Source: an uncultured archaeon (GTDB taxonomy: Archaea > Asgardarchaeota > Jordiarchaeia > Jordiarchaeales > Jordiarchaeaceae). Taken from it: a stretch of DNA of 32,000 nt. Below the pieces are notes generated by a model that did no database searches, was not told the DNA's origin, and worked only from the letters and a program-made list of their open reading frames with translations. Both the position numbers and the translations under genes were made by a program. Numbering within the stretch: the first letter of the stretch is position 1; the number at the start of each line of letters is the position of its first letter. Where the stretch lies: the NCBI GenBank assembly GCA_964510585.1, contig CAZECW010000187.1, forward strand, positions 73,154 through 105,153, in the 5' to 3' direction. Of the stretch, positions 26,309 through 32,000 are shown in pieces.

Positions 26309-27211
26309 TTGTTTGATTTAGTGGTTATTGGGCATATTGCAAAGGACACCATAATTAGGGAGGGCGTCAAGACCTACTCTATTGGGGGAGCCCCCTACTA
26401 TGCGGGTGTAGCGGCCAGAAAAATGGGGGGAAAAGTGGGTATAGTGTCCAAAATAGGTGCAGATCTTGATGATTCATCCCTATCTGTTTTCAGAGAAATG
26501 GGAATCCAAACCTGTATTAGGAGGACGGAAGGTTTAACTACAAGCTTTGAGCTTGAGTACCTAAAAGACTTTAGAAGATTAAAACTGAAACAGGCGTGTG
26601 AGCCAATTTTATTTGAAGATGTTCCAAAGCATTTTTTAAATTCTCGTTCCATTCTCATCAGCCCTATTGCAGGGGAAATTTCACCAATCTTTGTAGAGAA
26701 ACTTTACAGTGAATCAAAATCTGTCATTGCAGCTGATGCGCAAGGTTTCGTTCGAAGGTTCGATAGCGAAGGAATTGCACAGTTTGCTTTCTGGGAGGAT
26801 GCGGAAAGGGTTCTCCCCCTATTGGACATTGTTAAGTTTTCCAAGCGTGAAGCATTAACCGCTATGAATTGTGATGGTATTGACGAAGCCGCCGAGAAAA
26901 TTTTGAATTTCGGTCCAGAAATAGTTATAATAACACTCGGTGATGAGGGGGTAGTAATTAGGGGTAAGGAAAACCTTTTCATTAAACCAAAAACTCCACC
27001 GAAAAAGTTGGTAGAAACCACCGGTGCGGGCGACATATTCTTTGGAGTGTTTCTTCTTGAATACGTCCATACAAAAAATGTGGCAAATTCTGGAAACATT
27101 GCAACAATTGTTGCAGCAAGGTCCACCGAGGGAGTAGGATTGTCGCGATTTGTGACAAGAGACATGATTGAAAAGGATATCCAAAGTTTTAAGAAACTTG
27201 AATTTCCATAG
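26309..27211 (+). CDS. PfkB/ribokinase-family carbohydrate kinase
   Basis: GGAPYY substrate motif, DAQGFVR, VKFS..EA, ITLGDEG and the anion hole ETTGAGD. Confidence 0.9.
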   Translation: MFDLVVIGHIAKDTIIREGVKTYSIGGAPYYAGVAARKMGGKVGIVSKIGADLDDSSLSVFREMGIQTCIRRTEGLTTSFELEYLKDFRRLKLKQACEPILFEDVPKHFLNSRSILISPIAGEISPIFVEKLYSESKSVIAADAQGFVRRFDSEGIAQFAFWEDAERVLPLLDIVKFSKREALTAMNCDGIDEAAEKILNFGPEIVIITLGDEGVVIRGKENLFIKPKTPPKKLVETTGAGDIFFGVFLLEYVHTKNVANSGNIATIVAARSTEGVGLSRFVTRDMIEKDIQSFKKLEFP

Positions 27212-27259
27212 TCAAAAAATTGCGATTTATCATTCATAAAGAATAGGAAGGTGAATTAT

Positions 27260-27550
27260 GTGATACATATAGAACAGATAAAGATTGGAAACGCTTCTTG
27301 TCTTGGTCTGAAAGTTGATTTAAAACCTGCTCCCCTTCTGCTCATAATTGGTGCGAAGGGTTTTCTGTCATGCGGCTTCCTTAATGTCGAAGTTGCAGAG
27401 AAACTTGGAGTTGCGGCTGCAGTGGTGAGTGGCGTAAAAACTTTTGATGATGTACTAAATGGAGAAGTAAAAAGTCTTACCACCGAAGCCGAAAAAATGG
27501 GAGTAAGAGCTGGCCAAAAAGGCAGAGAGGCTATGAGTAAACTAGTATAA
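27260..27550 (+). CDS. YunC/DUF1805 family protein
   Basis: PLLLIIGAKGFLSCGFLN, AAVVSGVKTFDDVL and GVRAGQKGREA. The start is GTG 27260 (GGTGA SD) or GTG 27251. Confidence 0.88.
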   Translation: MIHIEQIKIGNASCLGLKVDLKPAPLLLIIGAKGFLSCGFLNVEVAEKLGVAAAVVSGVKTFDDVLNGEVKSLTTEAEKMGVRAGQKGREAMSKLV

Positions 27551-27634
27551 AAATTATCTTTGAAAACATTGGAATCGAATCCTAGTTATACTAACAAACC
27601 AAATTCTTTTTTTCAAGAAATTTTCCAGAAATCC

Positions 27635-28762
27635 CTACTTTGATGGCTGGATATTACCCAAAATCCCGAAGGCCGGGCATCCCGGAATAAAGACTCCCCT
27701 GTCGCTATACTTCTCTGCGCAGTCCCCTATGACGTAAGTTCTGCCCTCCATTTCTTTGGGCAGCTTTACGTCCCGCCCTACGATGAGGTTAACTTTTCCC
27801 ACTTTTTCTGCAAGTCCATGTTTTCCTAATCTATCAAGCTCTACTCTTGTCCAGGCTAAGCAACCTTCATAGCACGCGCATCCAACGTGAACTTCTACAT
27901 TTGGATAAACACCCATCACATCCGCCGAAGGCCTCTTAAAATACCTGCGTACCTCACTGATACTCGCTCCTTTAACCTCAATTTTGTTAAGATCCATTTC
28001 TCCCAGTCCTTGGAGGGAGGCGAGCCTTATATGAGGAATTTCTTGGGGGTCAAAACCCATAATGCTTGAGGCTACAGCGTCTACGGACACCAAATCTTCC
28101 CCAGCAATGATGACTCCCATTTTCAACGCGTTTCCATAGGTTGGCCCCTGCCCCTCTAACGCAACCAAGCCATCAACTATTGCTAGGTCTGGTTTAGCTG
28201 CAAGAGTTACATCCACCACTTTTTGGTGGATGTCTGTCCTGTGATAAATCTGTTTCTCCTCGGGGGACAGTAATCCGATTTGGTTCTTAATGGCTAAACT
28301 AACTCTACACATTGTATGTGTCTTCAATTTTGGTACAGTGATGAACTTGTCACAATCTAGCAACTTTTTAGGAAGTTTAATGGTATTCATCAGCTTTGCC
28401 CTTGGAACCTTTACCTCCACATACTCCTCCTCATCCAAATAAACAGCCTCTGCCTCCTCATCCTCCACTACCTCTTTCATCCCAGTTACCTCGAAAGCCT
28501 TCCTAGATTTATAGATAAAAACTGGAGCATCTCCAACCATTATTTGGCTGGCACCAGCCTCCTTAACCAGCTTAATTACTGCCCTAACTACTTCCGGGTC
28601 GGTGACTGTACCCGATTCTCTTGGGAGGGGTACAACTAAGTTGGGTTTAATAAAAACTTTATCACCTCTTTTAACAACTTTTTTAATCCCGCCAATAGCG
28701 TCTACTGCTCCTTGAACTGCTTCGGCCGCTGTTTCGCCTCTAACCAAAGATACTATAGTCAT
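27635..28762 (-). CDS. DUF362 family protein with Cys-containing C-terminal extension
   Basis: VFIKPNL, TDPEVV, VPKLKTH, LAIKN, DGLVALEGQGP and D.VSVDAV. The C-terminus carries CACYEGC, GDC and PGCP. Confidence 0.88.
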   Translation of the reverse strand: MTIVSLVRGETAAEAVQGAVDAIGGIKKVVKRGDKVFIKPNLVVPLPRESGTVTDPEVVRAVIKLVKEAGASQIMVGDAPVFIYKSRKAFEVTGMKEVVEDEEAEAVYLDEEEYVEVKVPRAKLMNTIKLPKKLLDCDKFITVPKLKTHTMCRVSLAIKNQIGLLSPEEKQIYHRTDIHQKVVDVTLAAKPDLAIVDGLVALEGQGPTYGNALKMGVIIAGEDLVSVDAVASSIMGFDPQEIPHIRLASLQGLGEMDLNKIEVKGASISEVRRYFKRPSADVMGVYPNVEVHVGCACYEGCLAWTRVELDRLGKHGLAEKVGKVNLIVGRDVKLPKEMEGRTYVIGDCAEKYSDRGVFIPGCPAFGILGNIQPSK

Positions 28763-29017
28763 AAATTAACCCCCAATTACGAGAATATTATATGCAGCAA
28801 AAACACTTAAAAAAACTTTGGTAAAACGTTTCATGACGCAACCCAAATACTGAAAAAAGTTATATGAAAACGCAATGTTTTAAATCTGAGCCAAAGATAA
28901 ACTTACAATTATGTGCCTGTCACATTCCTAAAATTGTTTGGGTTAATATATCCTTATGCTAAAGACATACCGATTATTAAAATTGACATTGCGTTTTATG
29001 TTTTGGTTGGTGGTCTA

Positions 29018-30472
29018 ATGGTTGAAGACACGGTGCCTCCTTTACCAGACAAGGAACAGAACTTCAGTGAGTGGTATAATGAAATCATTCATAGGGCTGA
29101 ATTGGTAGACCTCCGCTATGGTGTGAAGGGATTCATAGTATATCGTCCGAATATTGCAACAATCATGAGGCAAACTTATCGCTTATTTGAAGACGCGCTA
29201 GACGAACATGGGCATCAAATTTGCAATTTTCCCGTCGTAATCCCCCTAGAATTCTTTCAAAAGGAAGCAGAACATATTAAGGGATTCTCTGGAGAAGTTT
29301 TCTGGGTGACGCGGGCGGGCGACACTGAACTTGACAAAGCGCTATTATTGAGGCCCACTTCTGAAACTGCAATGTATCCTCTCTACGCCTATTGGATTCG
29401 CAGTTACCGTGATCTACCCCTAAAACTATATCAGAGCAATACTGTTTACCGGTATGAAACTAAGGCCACTAAACCTTTAATTCGAGGTAGGGAGTTCTAC
29501 TGGATAGAAGCACACGATGTTCACAGGACATTTGAGGACGCGGTAAAGCAAGTAAAAGAGGATATGAAAATAACGATAGACGTTCTTCATGATCAGTTGG
29601 GTATTCCCTTTCTACTAATGGAGAGGCCGGAATGGGACAGGTTTGCAGGGGCAGAAAAATCGTATGCGTTTGACGTACTTTTCCCAGACCGGAATGTGTT
29701 ACAGATTGCTACCACACACCTTCTGGGAGAGAACTTCTCCAGGGCCTTCGAGATCACTTTTGAGGATGTAGACGGAACCAAAAAATACGGTCAACAGACA
29801 TGCTTCGGCATAGGAATATCGAGAATAGCCGCGACCATCATCAGTATGCATGGAGACAATTATGGCCTAATATTACCTTTTCACGTGGCTCCAACCCAAA
29901 TTGTTATAGTTCCCATACCTAAGAAGGGACAGAACGAACTTATAATGGAGAAGTGCGAAGAAATCTATCACAAACTCAAAGACCGAGGCTACCGAGTTAA
30001 ACTTGACAATTCAGAGGAACGCCCGGGAGCAAAATTCTACCATTGGGAACTTTTAGGTGTGCCCATAAGACTTGAGGTAGGTCCTAAGGATATAGAAAAA
30101 GGTATGGTAACAGTTTTTAGAAGGGACAAACGCGAACGCATACAGGTTAAAGAGGGCGAAGTCTTGAAAATTATAGAACAACTGAGAGAGGACATTCTAA
30201 AAGAGCTGAGGACACGGAGAGAAAGGGACTTGGAAGAAAACATCCATGAAGCAAAAAGTAGAGAGGAGTTTCTAGAAATAGCGAAAAATAGGGGTGGCTT
30301 CATAAAGATTGATTTCTGTGATAATGCAAAGTGTGCAGAAGTAATTAAAGAGGAAACTGGAGGATACGAAGTAAGAGGCAAGCTCTACGGAAAAGAAGAA
30401 AAACCGAAAGGCAACTGCCTAATTTGCGGTGGAAAAGCAAACTCAGTAGTATACGTCGCCAAAGCTTATTAG
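29018..30472 (+). CDS. proS: Prolyl-tRNA synthetase, archaeal/eukaryotic type
   Basis: FSEWY, LRPTSET, YRYETKATKPLIRGREF, the anticodon-binding domain, a C-terminal Zn module and the terminal AKAY. Start moved to ATG 29018 (GGTGG SD). Confidence 0.96.
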   Translation: MVEDTVPPLPDKEQNFSEWYNEIIHRAELVDLRYGVKGFIVYRPNIATIMRQTYRLFEDALDEHGHQICNFPVVIPLEFFQKEAEHIKGFSGEVFWVTRAGDTELDKALLLRPTSETAMYPLYAYWIRSYRDLPLKLYQSNTVYRYETKATKPLIRGREFYWIEAHDVHRTFEDAVKQVKEDMKITIDVLHDQLGIPFLLMERPEWDRFAGAEKSYAFDVLFPDRNVLQIATTHLLGENFSRAFEITFEDVDGTKKYGQQTCFGIGISRIAATIISMHGDNYGLILPFHVAPTQIVIVPIPKKGQNELIMEKCEEIYHKLKDRGYRVKLDNSEERPGAKFYHWELLGVPIRLEVGPKDIEKGMVTVFRRDKRERIQVKEGEVLKIIEQLREDILKELRTRRERDLEENIHEAKSREEFLEIAKNRGGFIKIDFCDNAKCAEVIKEETGGYEVRGKLYGKEEKPKGNCLICGGKANSVVYVAKAY

Positions 30473-30543
30473 ACTTTCATCACAGCAGATTGGGACTCTC
30501 ACTGTAGGTGTAGTCCATAACAACTTCAAAAAAGGTGAGTAAG

Positions 30544-31800
30544 TTGAAGTATATTCAAATTCCGTACGGCGAAAAACAGATTGACTTCAAGATACCTTCT
30601 GATTGGAATCTGCTAGGGGTTCTATCGCCTAAATTGGCCAATAAAAGGCTCGATCCTTACGAAGCGGTTTTGGGGGCGGTGAGAAATCCAGTGGAAACCG
30701 AAAAATTATACAGCATAGCACAGCGAAAAAGAGACGCCGTGATAATATCAGATGATAATGCACGCCCCACTCCCTCAAATTTTATCATACCCCCTTTGCT
30801 TGACGAGTTAAACCGCGCGGGTATCTCTGATAGAAAAATTACAGTTATTATTGGAGTGGGATTACATGAACATCTCAATGAGAGAGATCTGGAAAAGAAA
30901 CTAGGTAAAACTGTTTTGGAGAGAGTTAACGTACTTAATCATGATCCTGACAATAACTTAACCCACATTGGAAAAACCCCTCAGGGTGTTGAGGTACTCA
31001 TTAATAAAAAAGTTGTTGAGGCAGAGCTAAAAATAGGTATTGGTAGCGTTACCCCTCACGAGTTAATGGGCTTCACGGGAGGAGCTGGAATCATTATACC
31101 CGGCGTTGCGGGGAGACAAACAATTAACCAAAACCATTCTATGGTTAAATTATTTAGAGCAGAATTTGGTAAAATTGAGGGAAACCTAATACGCAAAGAT
31201 AGTGAAGACGCTGCTAGGTTGCTCGGATTAGATATGATTGTAAATGTCACTATGGACGTTAACGAAAATATATATGACGTATTCGCTGGAGATGTTGTCA
31301 GCGCTCACCAGAAAGCAGTTGAACAAGCAAAGAAAATTTATGGTGTGAATCTAGAAAAAAAAGTGGATGTTGTAATAGCTAGTTCTCACCCGAAGGATGC
31401 CACTTTTGGCAAATCGATGAAGGCTATATTCGCTTCCTCCCTAGCCGTTAAACAAAATGGTGTTATAATACATGTGGCACCCTGCTGGGATGGGCTATCC
31501 CACAGCGAAGTTTTTGAAAAAATGCTCCTAGACAACCCTGAACCAAAAAAATTGTTTAAAATGTTAGACGAAGGAAAACTTCCCGGTGAAAGCTGCGTCC
31601 TCTACTTATACTCCCTAGTTAAAAGTAAACACAAAATAATAGTTGTTACTGATGGAATAGAAAAGAAGGTCATAGAAAAAATAGGACTAGAATATGCTGA
31701 AGACCTAGAAACTGCCATAGAAAAGACTGGAAAGCAAAATGCGGATTGTGTCATATTCCCTTGGGGAGCTGTGACACTCCCTCTCCTAAAAGATGCATAA
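30544..31800 (+). CDS. larA: Nickel-pincer-dependent lactate racemase/epimerase family protein (LarA homolog)
   Basis: IPYG, D..RPTP, GLH, NHD, PH...GFTGG, PGVA and NH motifs. The start is TTG 30544 (GGTGA SD) or GTG 30535. Confidence 0.85.
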   Translation: MKYIQIPYGEKQIDFKIPSDWNLLGVLSPKLANKRLDPYEAVLGAVRNPVETEKLYSIAQRKRDAVIISDDNARPTPSNFIIPPLLDELNRAGISDRKITVIIGVGLHEHLNERDLEKKLGKTVLERVNVLNHDPDNNLTHIGKTPQGVEVLINKKVVEAELKIGIGSVTPHELMGFTGGAGIIIPGVAGRQTINQNHSMVKLFRAEFGKIEGNLIRKDSEDAARLLGLDMIVNVTMDVNENIYDVFAGDVVSAHQKAVEQAKKIYGVNLEKKVDVVIASSHPKDATFGKSMKAIFASSLAVKQNGVIIHVAPCWDGLSHSEVFEKMLLDNPEPKKLFKMLDEGKLPGESCVLYLYSLVKSKHKIIVVTDGIEKKVIEKIGLEYAEDLETAIEKTGKQNADCVIFPWGAVTLPLLKDA

Positions 31801-31956
31801 AAGGGCAATACTCCCACACTGTGATACATTCTCATTTCTATTGAACTATATTCTTACCCTTCCTACTTAGTTGAAAGATAAACCATTTTTAAGAAAACAG
31901 ATACCTTAATAGTGAAGATTTGGATAGTACTCTTATGGCAGGTACGGAGGATTTCT

Positions 31957-32000
31957 ATGCAGTTTTTTTCTGACCTACACATACATAGTAAATATAGTAG
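31957..32000 (+). CDS. PHP-domain / endonuclease Q family protein, N-terminal fragment (runs off the window)
   Basis: GGAGG SD followed by MQFFSDLHIHSKYS, the DLHIHS metal-binding motif of the PHP family. Confidence 0.75.
   Translation, partial: MQFFSDLHIHSKYS

Noticed and set aside
363-31835. The many 60-180 aa ORFs antisense to or nested in the main genes
   Set aside because: They are Ser/Phe/Ile-rich shadow translations with no motifs, fully overlapping well-supported genes.
5483-31956. tRNA, sRNA, CRISPR or IS elements in the larger intergenic gaps
   Set aside because: By eye I found no cloverleaf or T-loop signature, no regularly spaced direct repeats, no terminal inverted repeats and no transposase or integrase. 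A covariance-model search would be needed to exclude small ncRNAs.

Overview
Archaeal chromosomal window with about 31 protein-coding genes, three of them below the ORF-track cutoff or cut by the window edges. I saw no rRNA, tRNA, CRISPR array or mobile element. The housekeeping genes are archaeal: EF-1beta start, DUF1610 Zn finger, geranylgeranyl reductase, Pth2, TruD, AspRS, NusA2-like KH protein, Alba, CofG/CofH, PheA, GlmU-like, proteasome alpha, TrmY, eS26, ProRS and a LarA homolog. A longin-domain protein, two Snf7/ESCRT-III paralogs of different classes, a steadiness-box-like protein and an MIT-domain protein together point to an Asgard archaeon (inference). The main observation is a non-canonical ESCRT-like locus at about 14.2-24.1 kb. 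A minus-strand run encodes ESCRT-IIIA (Vps2/24/46-like), a 1012-aa HerA/FtsK-type ATPase, an all-helical unknown protein and ESCRT-IIIB (Vps20/32/60-like). The ATPase has an alpha/alpha-toroid N-terminus, a MIM2-like LPELPSPP motif and an ESCRT-I-like C-terminal hairpin. This run converges on a B-box/Zn-ribbon + coiled-coil + PH-like + Vps23 steadiness-box protein, and lies near an MIT + degenerate-HEPN gene and a proteasome alpha paralog. No Vps4, ESCRT-II, UEV or ubiquitin gene is present in the window. All domain calls come from motif recognition by eye and need HMM or structure confirmation.
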